Shown: piece by piece, positions 1-9,500 of the stretch | Layout of the letters: every line of letters begins with the position of its first letter | How positions within the stretch are numbered: position 1 is the stretch's first letter | From: Vulcanimicrobiota bacterium | Lineage (GTDB): Bacteria > Vulcanimicrobiota > Xenobia > Xenobiales > JADMJV01 | Direction of reading: 5' to 3' | DNA: 64,000 nucleotides | NCBI GenBank assembly: GCA_050250895.1 | Contig: JBFWNU010000007.1 | Span: forward strand, 32,001-96,000 | The notes under the pieces: model-generated | What the model saw: the letters and a program-made list of their open reading frames with translations, nothing else | Database searches by the model: none | What the model was told of the DNA's origin: nothing | Position numbers and translations under genes: made by a program

Positions 1-1602
1 CCGGCAGCCAACAACTGGGGCGGAAGTATCTCCCAGGGTGGGGGAGGAGCCAGCAGTCCCGCTACCAGAGGGTCATCGTGGGTCGACTCATCGCCCCAAG
101 ACGAGACCGAGGCCGTGGCGGCCGGTGGGTCGTCCTGGGGAGGCTCCCCCTCGAGTTGGGGTGGTGGTCAGTCCGAACCTCGCTCCCAAGGGCCTGCCTG
201 GGGTGGCGCTCCCAAAGCCCCCACTCCCAAGACCAGCGGTTGGCTGGGCGCAGCCGATGAAGAGGGTTCTTCAGCCTGGTCGGGCGGTGGTACCGCCACC
301 CAGGCTCCTGGTGCCGGTTCAGGTTGGTTGGGGGGCGCAGGCGGACAGCCGGCTGCCGAAGGCAAAGATTGGGCCGGTGCGCCCAAGGCCGAAACGCCCA
401 CCGGGGGCGGATGGCTCGGGGCCGAGCCCGAATCCACTACCGAAGACACGATGTGGGGCAGTGCCGGGTCCAGTTCACCCAAGTCCTCGTTGTCATCCAT
501 GGTGGATGACGCCATCGAAGAGACCGAGCGCGGAGATGATTTTGATGACGAGAGCTGGGTCGACGACGAGGCCGAAGGCGGCCTCGAAGACGAGCCTTTG
601 GCCGGCGAGGTCTATGACGACCCGCGTGGGGGCGCCGAGGGGGCAGGCGCGAAGATTCTGGTGGCGCTCTTGATCGTCATCGTATTGGGCTGCGGGTTCT
701 ACCTGCTCCAGCCCAATATGCAAGACCAGCCCGTCGAAGCGGCCTCGACCTCCGAGACCCAGGTCGACCATGCTCAGAGCCTGTTGCTCGAAGCCAAGCG
801 CACGGCCGACGGTGGACAGTACGAGCTGGCGTCGGTCCAGGCCCTCTCGGCCATCGATATGATGGTCGAGGCCAAAGCCGAACCGGCCAAGATTGAAGAG
901 GCTCGCCTGACCCTGGCCAAGCTCTATGACGCGGCCCAGGACTATGACAAAGCGGCTGACCAATACGACCTGCTCATCAGCACCGGTTCGAACGAGGCCA
1001 AATACCAGGCTCTGCTCGACGATGCCGAGACCAATTTCGACAAGCAGCAGCGCGTGGTCGCCAATGGCTTGTTGACCGATGCCAAGCAGCAGGTCAAGCG
1101 AGATTCCTTCAACTCGGCGATTTCGTTGGCCAACCAGGCCCTCGCGCTTTTCGAGGATCACAACGGCAGCCGAGCCCAGCTGGGTCAGTGTCACGGTGTG
1201 CTGGGGTTAGCCTACTACCACGGTTACGACTATGGCCACGCTGAGGACCATCTCGTGCAGGCGGTGAATCTTTATCCCGACGGCGGATATCAGTCGGCCC
1301 TGAATCAGGTTCGGGCCGCCTATGCTCCCGAGCCTACCCGTCGTAGCACGACACCCAAGGTGACGGTCATTCGCCAGAGTTCCTCGGTGCCTTCCGGCAA
1401 CCGCAGGGTCTCGCATCGGCGCTCTCGCCGCAGCCAATCGGGTGGTTCGGCGGCGGCCGCCCCGGCCCCGGCTCCGGCTAGCTCGGCTCCGCAGAAACGC
1501 GAAGCTCCGCCTTTCAAGCGGGCCAAGAGCAGCGGGCTGCGTCCGCCCGGTGGGGATAACGGCCTCAAGTCTTACTACAACACCAGTAGTCCGTTCAAAT
1601 AG
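1..1602 (+). CDS. Bitopic membrane protein, 5'-truncated: W/G/S-rich disordered N-terminus, one TM helix, TPR-like domain, basic tail
   Basis: Frame is open from base 1; repeated SWGG/GWLG motifs; hydrophobic ILVALLIVIVLGCGFYLL; TPR-like helices. Confidence 0.75.
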   Translation, partial: PAANNWGGSISQGGGGASSPATRGSSWVDSSPQDETEAVAAGGSSWGGSPSSWGGGQSEPRSQGPAWGGAPKAPTPKTSGWLGAADEEGSSAWSGGGTATQAPGAGSGWLGGAGGQPAAEGKDWAGAPKAETPTGGGWLGAEPESTTEDTMWGSAGSSSPKSSLSSMVDDAIEETERGDDFDDESWVDDEAEGGLEDEPLAGEVYDDPRGGAEGAGAKILVALLIVIVLGCGFYLLQPNMQDQPVEAASTSETQVDHAQSLLLEAKRTADGGQYELASVQALSAIDMMVEAKAEPAKIEEARLTLAKLYDAAQDYDKAADQYDLLISTGSNEAKYQALLDDAETNFDKQQRVVANGLLTDAKQQVKRDSFNSAISLANQALALFEDHNGSRAQLGQCHGVLGLAYYHGYDYGHAEDHLVQAVNLYPDGGYQSALNQVRAAYAPEPTRRSTTPKVTVIRQSSSVPSGNRRVSHRRSRRSQSGGSAAAAPAPAPASSAPQKREAPPFKRAKSSGLRPPGGDNGLKSYYNTSSPFK

Positions 1603-1660
1603 CGCGTTTCGGGCTCGCTCCAGGAAGGTATGATTCCCGGAGCGAAAGGAACGCGCCATT

Positions 1661-2860
1661 ATGAGTAGACCTGTAACCTTCCTCTGTCTGGCCAGCTATT
1701 TTAAAGGCGGTGCTTTCATGCGAGCCTGCAAAGAGCTTGGCATCCGCACTATTCTCTTGTCGACCGAAGAGCTGCGCCACAAGGATTGGCCCTGGGAGGC
1801 CATCGACGAGAAGTTCTTCATGCCCGATCTCTACAAGCAGCCAGACGTGACCAACGCTGTTAGCTATCTGGCCCGCGAGCGCAAGATCGATCGTATCATT
1901 CCCCTCGACGACTTCGATGTCGAGACGGCCGCCTCGCTGCGCGAGCATCTGCGTTGTCCGGGCATGGGCGATACCACCGCTCGCTATTTCCGCGACAAGC
2001 TGGCCATGCGAGTGCAGGCCCGCGATGAGGGCATTCCGGTGCCCGACTTCGTGCATGTCCTCAACTACGAGGAGATCAACGACTTCGTGCGCCGGGTCCC
2101 GCCGCCGTGGGTGCTCAAGCCTCGTTCCGAGGCGGGGGCCGTCGGCATCAAGAAGATTCACAACAGCGAGGAACTATGGCATTGGGTCCATTCTCTCGGT
2201 GACAAAGGTTCCTACCACCTGCTCGAGGCTTACGTGCCCGGTGACGTGTTCCATGTGGATTCGGTGGTGTACGACAAGGAAGTGCTTTTCGGTCGTGCTC
2301 ATCGCTACGGGGTCCCTCCCTTCAATATCTGGAACCACGGCGGAGTCTTCTCGAGCCAGACTTTGCCTCTGGGCGATCCTCTGGGAGACCACCTTCTGTC
2401 GCTCAATAAGAAGATCGTCAAAGCCATGGGTCTGGTTCGCGGGGTCACTCATACCGAATTCATCCGCGGTCACGACGGCAGGGTCTATTTCCTCGAGAAG
2501 GCCGCCCGCGTGGGCGGAGCCAACATCGACCTGTTGGTCGAGGCTGCTAGCGGTATCGACCTTTGGAAGGAGTGGGCTCGCCTGGAGTTGGCTTATCTGG
2601 AGAAGAAGAAGTATAAGCTGCCCAAGCCTCGCAAGGATTGTGCAGGATTGTTGGTCTGCCTGTCACGCGACGAGCGCCCTGACCTGTCGGGCTACAGTGA
2701 CCCCGAAGTGGTTTGGCGGGAAGGCAAAGACCACCATGCGGCTTTAATCGTCGCTTCGTCTTCGGCCAAGCGCGTGGGCGAACTCATCGATGGCTACCAG
2801 CATCGCATGACCCACGATGTCCTGGCCGTTCAGCCCCCGACCGATAAGGTCGTGCACTAG
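1661..2860 (+). CDS. ATP-grasp domain protein
   Basis: RDKLAMR, VLKPRSEAGAVGI, HTEF, FLEKAARVGG motifs; AAGGA RBS upstream. Confidence 0.85.
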   Translation: MSRPVTFLCLASYFKGGAFMRACKELGIRTILLSTEELRHKDWPWEAIDEKFFMPDLYKQPDVTNAVSYLARERKIDRIIPLDDFDVETAASLREHLRCPGMGDTTARYFRDKLAMRVQARDEGIPVPDFVHVLNYEEINDFVRRVPPPWVLKPRSEAGAVGIKKIHNSEELWHWVHSLGDKGSYHLLEAYVPGDVFHVDSVVYDKEVLFGRAHRYGVPPFNIWNHGGVFSSQTLPLGDPLGDHLLSLNKKIVKAMGLVRGVTHTEFIRGHDGRVYFLEKAARVGGANIDLLVEAASGIDLWKEWARLELAYLEKKKYKLPKPRKDCAGLLVCLSRDERPDLSGYSDPEVVWREGKDHHAALIVASSSAKRVGELIDGYQHRMTHDVLAVQPPTDKVVH

Positions 2861-2866
2861 CCGACC

Positions 2867-3478
2867 GTGATTGCCGAGCTGCCGCTGCACTATCACACGC
2901 CGGACCGCTGGGCCGACCAGGCGTTGGAGTCTGTGCTCGAGCTGCTCAACGATCATGCCCATCTCGAGCGCAAAGCGGCTAGCAACGCTCTCGAGCTACT
3001 CAATCGATGGCCCGACCCGGAACCACCGGAGCGCTGGGTGACCAACCTCGCTTCGGTGGCGCGGGACGAGACCGATCACCTCTTTCTGGTGGCCCGGTTG
3101 CTCAAAGCCCGGGGCGGCTGCCTGAGTAAGATGCACCGTAACGATTACGCCCGCTCATTGCGAGCTCTGGTCCGGCGCGGGCAGGGCCCCCTCGAGCTGA
3201 TCGACCGGCTGCTGGTGAGCGCACTCATCGAGTTGCGGTCATGCGAGCGCTTCGAGATCTTGAGCCGTTGTTGTCAGGACCCCGAGTTGGCTCGGGTCTA
3301 TCGGTCGCTATGGGGGTCCGAGCACGGGCACTACAAGCTCTTTCTGGCCCTGGCCGAAGACCTGGTTCCGGCCGAGTTGATCCAGGCACGCTGGCAAGAG
3401 ATGCTGGGGGCCGAGGCCGAGGTCATCAAGACTCAGCCACCTGGCCCGGCCCTACACAGTTCGGTAGGAGGCGCCTGA
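2867..3478 (+). CDS. miaE: tRNA-(ms2io6A) hydroxylase MiaE (ferritin-like diiron)
   Basis: DHAHLERKAA, LIELRSCERF, SEHGHY motifs. Confidence 0.85.
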   Translation: MIAELPLHYHTPDRWADQALESVLELLNDHAHLERKAASNALELLNRWPDPEPPERWVTNLASVARDETDHLFLVARLLKARGGCLSKMHRNDYARSLRALVRRGQGPLELIDRLLVSALIELRSCERFEILSRCCQDPELARVYRSLWGSEHGHYKLFLALAEDLVPAELIQARWQEMLGAEAEVIKTQPPGPALHSSVGGA

Positions 3479-3618
3479 TGCGCACCAAGCTCATCCTCTC
3501 TCTCTTCATGGTGGCTTTCTGGGCCTTCGCCTGGCTGGTCAAAGCCGACCCGGGGCTGGTCCTGATAGCCACGCCGGCCTTTCTGTTCGTGATCGTCACC
3601 GAGTCCAGGAACCCCTGA
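3478..3618 (+). CDS. Small 2-TM membrane protein (46 aa)
   Basis: ATG overlaps the miaE stop (TGATG); two hydrophobic segments. Confidence 0.55.
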   Translation: MRTKLILSLFMVAFWAFAWLVKADPGLVLIATPAFLFVIVTESRNP

Positions 3619-3668
3619 ATCCGTTCCGAGCAGGGATTGCTCGGTGGACCGTAGTAAAACTGGCGCCC

Positions 3669-4685
3669 ATGTTGCATTCCGATGTCTGTCTCGAGTCGGT
3701 CGCTTACGAACTGCCCCCCAACGTGGTCAGTATGGAGTCGACCTTCGAAGAGCTCGAACCGCTGCTCGAGCGGCTTAGAATTCCGCCTGCCGGCGTGATG
3801 GCCGCCTCAGGGGTAGAGGAACGGCGGTTCTGGGACCGCGGCACCACCATCGCCGAGGTCGCCACCAAAGCGGCCGTCAAAGCGATCGAGCAGTCGGGTA
3901 TCGATCCCGCCGACCTGGGTTGTATCATCAGCACCTCGGTCTGCAAAGATTACATCGAGCCTTCCATGGCCAGCCTGGTGCACGGTCGGTTGGGCCTGCA
4001 TCCTCACTGTTTGAATTTCGATATCGGCAATGCCTGTCTGGCCTTCATGAACGGGATGTCGGTGTTGGCCGACATGATCGAGAAGGGCCAGATCAAGGCG
4101 GCTCTGCTGGTTGACGCCGAGTCGGCGCGAGAGGTCATCGAAGCCACCGTGGACAGGTTGCTCTTGCCCGAGACCACCAGCGACCACTTTCGTGACAACT
4201 TCGCCGCCCTGACCCTGGGGTCGGGGGCGGTGGCGGCGGTTTTGACCCACAGTTCCTTGTCGAAGACGGGTCATCGGGTGGTGGGCCACGTGTCGCTGGC
4301 CGATACCACCCACTCGGACCTTTGCCTGGGACAGCCTACCGAGATGATCGTCTATGCACGCCCGCTGATGGAGGCTGGCGTCGGTTTGGCCAGGCGCACC
4401 TGGAAAGAGGCCGCGCGCGTGTTCGGTTGGACATCCACCAACGTCGATCTGTTCGTGTGTCATCAGGTAGGCCGCCGCCATCACCAGTTTCTTTTCGAAA
4501 GCCTGGGGATCAACGAGGCGGACTCGTTCGTGACTTATCCATTCCTGGGGAATGTCGGCCCCGCCTCGGTTCCACTCACCCTGGCGCTGGCCCGCGACCG
4601 GGGTCGCCTCAAGCGCGGCCACCGGGTTGCCCTGATGGGGATCGGCAGCGGATTGAACTGCTCCATGATGGAGCTGCGATGGTAG
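3669..4685 (+). CDS. OleA-like thiolase / 3-oxoacyl-ACP synthase III
   Basis: IEPSMA, NACLAF (catalytic Cys), HQVG, GNVGPAS, GIGSGLN motifs. Confidence 0.85.
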   Translation: MLHSDVCLESVAYELPPNVVSMESTFEELEPLLERLRIPPAGVMAASGVEERRFWDRGTTIAEVATKAAVKAIEQSGIDPADLGCIISTSVCKDYIEPSMASLVHGRLGLHPHCLNFDIGNACLAFMNGMSVLADMIEKGQIKAALLVDAESAREVIEATVDRLLLPETTSDHFRDNFAALTLGSGAVAAVLTHSSLSKTGHRVVGHVSLADTTHSDLCLGQPTEMIVYARPLMEAGVGLARRTWKEAARVFGWTSTNVDLFVCHQVGRRHHQFLFESLGINEADSFVTYPFLGNVGPASVPLTLALARDRGRLKRGHRVALMGIGSGLNCSMMELRW

Positions 4686-5566
4686 CTGACTATCAAAATA
4701 TCGCCTACCTGGTGGCGGGGGCCGACCTTCACGGGGGCGACTTTCACTGTCGTTTCCGCTGCCCCCACACAGGCCTCGAAGAAAACGTTACCTTGCGAGT
4801 CGAGCGGCCCGGGTCAGTCGAGGCTCCGGCCGAACCCGAGTCGGCCGGCTTTCTCTCGGCCGTGCAGCGAAGTCTGGTGGCTTCCGTGCGCGGGATGTTC
4901 GGGGGGCGCACGCAACCCCCGGAGGCGTCTGGGGCCGGACCCGAACACCTGGCCAGGTACGTGGTTCGGGCTTTTGAGCAAGTAAAGCCGCATTTTCGCT
5001 GGCGCGACGGTCGTTGGGTGCACCGTGAGGTCGATGTCAGGCTGCACGACTTCCATCGCCTGTTGACTCAGGCCCCGGTGAAAGAGCTTTACGACCAACA
5101 GATCCTGGCCCGGGTCTTACTGGAAGTGGTCAAGGCCGACGGCGAGATTCAAGCGCAGGAGCGAGAGTTTCTTGAGCAGTTCGTGCCCGAGCCACTGCGC
5201 GGTTATGAAGACGCGGCCCCTCTGACCATGGCCGAGATGGCCGAGGTGTCCCATCAGGGTGAGCGCGAGACCATCCTGCTGTTGGCCTGGGCCACCGCCT
5301 ACGCTGATCAGGAAGTGGATGCCGCCGAACTGCGACGTCTGGGAACCTTCGCCAAGGGCTTCATGCTGCCCGAAAAGCGAATGCGCGAATTGCGCCAGTC
5401 GGCCCGCCTTTTCGTGGTCGATCGGGCCCTGGCCGAGGTGTTCGCGCGGGGCACCACGCCCACCGCCGCAGAGCGCGAATCCATCTATGCTCTGGCCGAC
5501 AAAATCGAGCTTCCCCGCGCCGATGTTGACCGGCTCGAAGAACAGTTTCGGGCGGGCCAAAGTTAA
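4679..5566 (+). CDS. TerB-like domain protein
   Basis: Two TerB-type motifs (VKADGEIQAQE, AYADQEVDAAE); ATG overlaps the upstream gene. Confidence 0.7.
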   Translation: MVADYQNIAYLVAGADLHGGDFHCRFRCPHTGLEENVTLRVERPGSVEAPAEPESAGFLSAVQRSLVASVRGMFGGRTQPPEASGAGPEHLARYVVRAFEQVKPHFRWRDGRWVHREVDVRLHDFHRLLTQAPVKELYDQQILARVLLEVVKADGEIQAQEREFLEQFVPEPLRGYEDAAPLTMAEMAEVSHQGERETILLLAWATAYADQEVDAAELRRLGTFAKGFMLPEKRMRELRQSARLFVVDRALAEVFARGTTPTAAERESIYALADKIELPRADVDRLEEQFRAGQS

Positions 5567-5619
5567 CAAACCTTTTACAAAAGCCCCTGTGTTCAAATGT
5601 TATGCCGGGCGATTGGGTG

Positions 5620-5628
5620 TGCTATAAT
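5620..5628 (+). promoter_or_regulatory. Extended -10 promoter for the repeat-protein gene
   Basis: TGcTATAAT about 45 nt upstream of ATG 5674; GAGGAG RBS. Confidence 0.65.
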
Positions 5629-5673
5629 GGGTCCAAGTTTGTAGTCCTAACATAAACAGAGGAGATCCACAGC

Positions 5674-6411
5674 ATGGCCACAGTCAACCCGTTTGTCGGA
5701 GTCGCAGGAGGCTTCAGAACGAACTCGGTTCAGTTCGGAGGAGCCTTCGGCGTCCAAGCCCAGGGCGGTTTCGGAACCTCTTTCAACCCGAGTGCTTTTC
5801 TGGGCGCTGGCGCCCAACTTCAAGGCGGTTGGGGTTCCTTTCTAGGTGGTCCCTCCTTCTCGTCAGGCTTCGCTCAGCCTAGCCCCGTCTTCGGCCAGTC
5901 GGTCAGCTCTCTCAACGCTAACGGTGGTTTTGGAACGGCCTCGGCAATCTCCTCACTCTTCAGTTTCGGCGGCGCCCCGGCCACGGCCGGCTTCGCCCCC
6001 CACCTCGGACAGCCCCAGGTAGCCCTGGGCGGTTTCGCCGGTTTCTCGCCCCATCTTGGTCAGCCCCAGGTAGAATTTGGTGGCTTCGCCGGTTTCGCTC
6101 CTCACCTGGGTCAACCCCAGGCGGCCCTGGGCGGCTTCGCCGGCTTCTCGCCTCACCTCGGCCAGCCTCAGGCTGCCCTCGGTGGCTTCGCTGGCTTCTC
6201 GCCTCACCTGGGTCAGCCCCAGGCAGCTCTCGGCGGTTTCGCCGGCTTCCCGCCTCACCTGGGGCAGCCCCAGGCAGCTCTCGGCGGCTTCGCCGGATTC
6301 TCCCCTCACCTGGGTCAGCCTCAGGCTGCTCTCGGTGGCTTCGCCGGCTTCCCGCCGCATCTTGGTCAGCCTCAAGCCGAGTTCGGTCTGCCGTCCTGGG
6401 CCTTCTTCTAA
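5674..6411 (+). CDS. Gly/Phe/Gln-rich protein with 8 x 17-aa repeats (GGFAGFxPHLGQPQAAL)
   Basis: RBS and promoter present; 51-bp repeats differ mainly at third codon positions. Confidence 0.85.
   Translation: MATVNPFVGVAGGFRTNSVQFGGAFGVQAQGGFGTSFNPSAFLGAGAQLQGGWGSFLGGPSFSSGFAQPSPVFGQSVSSLNANGGFGTASAISSLFSFGGAPATAGFAPHLGQPQVALGGFAGFSPHLGQPQVEFGGFAGFAPHLGQPQAALGGFAGFSPHLGQPQAALGGFAGFSPHLGQPQAALGGFAGFPPHLGQPQAALGGFAGFSPHLGQPQAALGGFAGFPPHLGQPQAEFGLPSWAFF
5986..6378 (+). repeat. 51-bp coding tandem repeat, about 8 copies
   Basis: His codons at 6001, 6052, 6103, 6154, 6205, 6256, 6307, 6358. Confidence 0.95.
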
Positions 6412-6415
6412 ACCC

Positions 6416-6444
6416 TTGAAATTCCAGGTTTAACCTGGTATACT
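6416..6444 (+). promoter_or_regulatory. sigma70-like promoter with a palindrome in the spacer
   Basis: TTGAAA-17-TATACT; CCAGGTT-T-AACCTGG at 6424-6438. Confidence 0.55.
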
Positions 6445-6458
6445 GAGGAAACCAACTA

Positions 6459-6496
6459 AGAGCGTCGCTCCAACAGAGCGGCGCTCTCCTGTTTTT
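6459..6496 (+). terminator. Hairpin terminator
   Basis: AGAGCGTCGCTC-caaca-GAGCGGCGCTCT followed by CCTGTTTTT. Confidence 0.6.
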
Positions 6497-6556
6497 CTGA
6501 CAGAATTCCCCAGGGGTCTGCTAAGGGTTTTTCCAGTCTGTGCCGAACGGTGCCCT

Positions 6557-9500
6557 ATGCCGGAACTTGGTCAGTCGGTAAAACGTTTTCTCTCCGAGCC
6601 TGGGCTAGGCGAAGAAGAGAAAGCACGCAGGACCGTCGAGTGCCTGAAATACCTCAGGGCCTACTTCGAGGGCCTGGTTTCCGGTCTTATTGGGGTTGGA
6701 CTCGAAGCGTTCCTGGTTGACGAAACCCATCGTGAGCAGGTTCATCGCGACATCCGCTCGGTCTTTCTGGATTTGGGCGGCACCCCTCGCTTCGTGACTC
6801 GTTGGCTCGGCCTGGTCGGGCAACGTCCCACCACACCACCGCCCCTGACCGCTCTCTGGGCCCTGGGCGAGGATACCCTCTTAGAAGAGGTGGTCTCTTA
6901 CAACGCGCTGCTGCAAGAGTGGCTGCGATCCGCGCGGGCGTTTGAGGAGAATTGGGCGGTCGAGCCCGACCGGGTGCGCCATCGCGACAGCAGCACGGTC
7001 TATCCCCTCGATCCCCCCCTCGATGCCGAGCAGTTAGGTCCGCTTCATCCGGCTGTGCCCGGCTCGTCGCCCGACTTGAGTCAGGCCATCAATCAAGTCA
7101 AGACTCTCTTCGAGCCGTTGACCGAGCCCTATTTTGACTTGCTCGGAATTCCAGAGTTGTCGGGCTCGACGGGTGAATTCGAGGCCAAGCTCAGTCGGCC
7201 GATCGCCCCGACTGAACTGTTGGAACGACCTCCCGCTCGTACCCCGGGGCGCCGGGTGCCGATCGAGCCGGCCTTCCCCCCCCATTTGAAGATCCTGGCC
7301 TGTCGCTTGTCCGACGCCCTCGAGCGGCAGGACCCGGTCGCCTCGGCCAACGCAACCGTTGAAGCCATCGACTACATGGTGCGTTTTTTCGCGGGCGTGG
7401 CCGGCGGCGGGCTGGCTGAGCTCGAGGGCCGTCAAGAGAGGACCCCGGTCGATCTCGAGTTCGATGAGTGTCTCGACCTGTTGCGCAATAGTGTTCAGGC
7501 CCTGCGAGTCTACCGAGGCGACGTGATCGCCGACAGCATTCTGGCCGTCTTCGAGCCGGGCGGCAGTCAGCCCGACCATCATTCCTGGCTGGGCCTGGGT
7601 GAACGTTCGGCCGAAGAGGACCCCGCCGTCTGGCGGGTGCGCGCCGACAGTCGCATCCAGGATGAGGATCCGGGGCCTTGCGCCCAGCTACTGAAGGGCA
7701 TTTTGCCGATTTTGTCTGACTGGCTCGAGGCCAGCAAGTATTTCTTCAACTGTTGGGACCTCTATCATTCGTTGCGGCGCGACTTCAATCTCGACGTACG
7801 GTTGGCCCGGGGGGATCGCGCCTTTAACGCTTTTCCCCTGGTTTATCCCGAGCGTTACGGTATCGTGTTGCCTCAGCCCGACCTCAACAAGGCGCGGGAG
7901 AATCCACTCTGGGAGCCGCGCGGGTTTGGCCAGGGGACGAGCGTAGCCAACCTGACCACTCCCGAACCCTCCGATGCGGACCCGCCCCACCTGGCCCGAC
8001 TGCTAGAGGAGTTTGGCCGAGCCGTCCGCGACGAAGAGCCCCTTCCCGCTGGCAACGCTTTGCTAGGGTGCTTCGACTTCTTACTGCGCTACTATGCCAG
8101 TCTGGCCACCGGCGCCCTGCGCAGCATCGCTCCGTTTCCGCTTGAGTCGGTCCTGGCCGAGTCGGCCAGTTTGTTGCACTGCAGCAAGCTGTTGCACTAC
8201 TCCTTGTTCGCGCTGGACCGTTTTCCCGAGCATCCCGTCTCGGGAATGGTGGGCAGCGTCTTCTTCCAGGGCGAACGACCCCGTGCGTTTACCCGCTGGC
8301 TGGGCTTTGCCGGTTCGCCGCTGTCGGGCCTCGAGAACCTTTCCGGCTGGACCCACATGCTGCGGCGACCTGACGCCGCCCTCCGCATCGACGAGATCCT
8401 GGGCCAGATCCGTGTCTACACTCAGTTCCTGGGGGAGTGGGTCGAGCAGTCCCGTCATGTCTTCAAAGCCCTTAAACATCACTATGATGTGGGTGAGGGC
8501 TCCAACACCGTCGGGGTGGTGTTCGAATGCGACGGCAGTCGTTTTCGCGGCGTTCCCGACATTTATGTCGGCGAGTACGAGTTCCATCTGAGCCGTGAAG
8601 AGGTGCTGGCCTGGGGCTCGGCCGAGACCCTGCCCAATCCGATGTCCGAGCAGAGTTTCGAGGCCTGGGAGGCTGCCCTCAACGAAGAGCTGCCGACTTC
8701 GGTCTTTGAGGATGATCCAGAGCTCACCGAGCTGGTGCCCGAGTTGGCCGACTTCGAGTCGGGCCCCATCGTGATGCCGTCGTTGTTTCCAGACGAGCCG
8801 GCTCCGCCCACCTGGGGGCAGCCCGAGGCCGACGGATTTTCACGATACTGCCAGGCTTTGAACTATTCCGGTCCCGAGTCGCGACCCAAGATTTTTTCCG
8901 AGCGGGTGGCCGCCTTCGTAGCCAAGCGTGACTCGGGCTTGATTCTGGTCGAGGGCGGGCCGGGGTTCGGCAAGACCTTCTTGAGCAGGACCCTCACCAA
9001 TCCGCGCTCCTCGCCGTTCGATACCAACTTCCCCGTGATTCACTACTCGGTGGGCCGGCGCATCGAAGGCGACTACGGTATTCTGATCGAGGTCCTCAAT
9101 GAGCACCTCGGGCAGCAGACCGAGCTGGCCGAGGCCGGTTTTTCCAAGCTCGACCCTCGGGTCATTCGCGACCTCAATGTGCGCTATCCCGAGGGACAGG
9201 CCGCCAGCCGATTTCTGGCCTATTTGAGCGCGCTTACGATCGCCAACAACCATCGCCGCTTTCTGCTGGTGCTCGACGGCCTCGACGAGCATCAGGCCGC
9301 CGCCGAGGCCGGTCTGACCGTGCTCGACTTTTTGCCTTCTCGCCTGCCCGAGGGGGTCTTCTTGATGCTGACCTATCGTCCGAGTTTCCGGGCCAAACTC
9401 GAGCAGCGGCTAGAAACGGGCCACGAGCACTGCCTGCAGATCAACCTCGACAGCGAAGACCCGACTTATCAGGGCTTGCTCTATCAGCACATGGAAAAGA

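Noticed and set aside
1661-2860. ATP-grasp enzyme as maturase of the repeat protein (graspetide)
   Set aside because: The repeats lack Lys/Asp and almost all Glu/Thr needed for ester or amide crosslinks; the genes are not adjacent
5986-6378. 51-bp repeat as a CRISPR array
   Set aside because: No unique spacers; in-frame with synonymous variation; no cas genes
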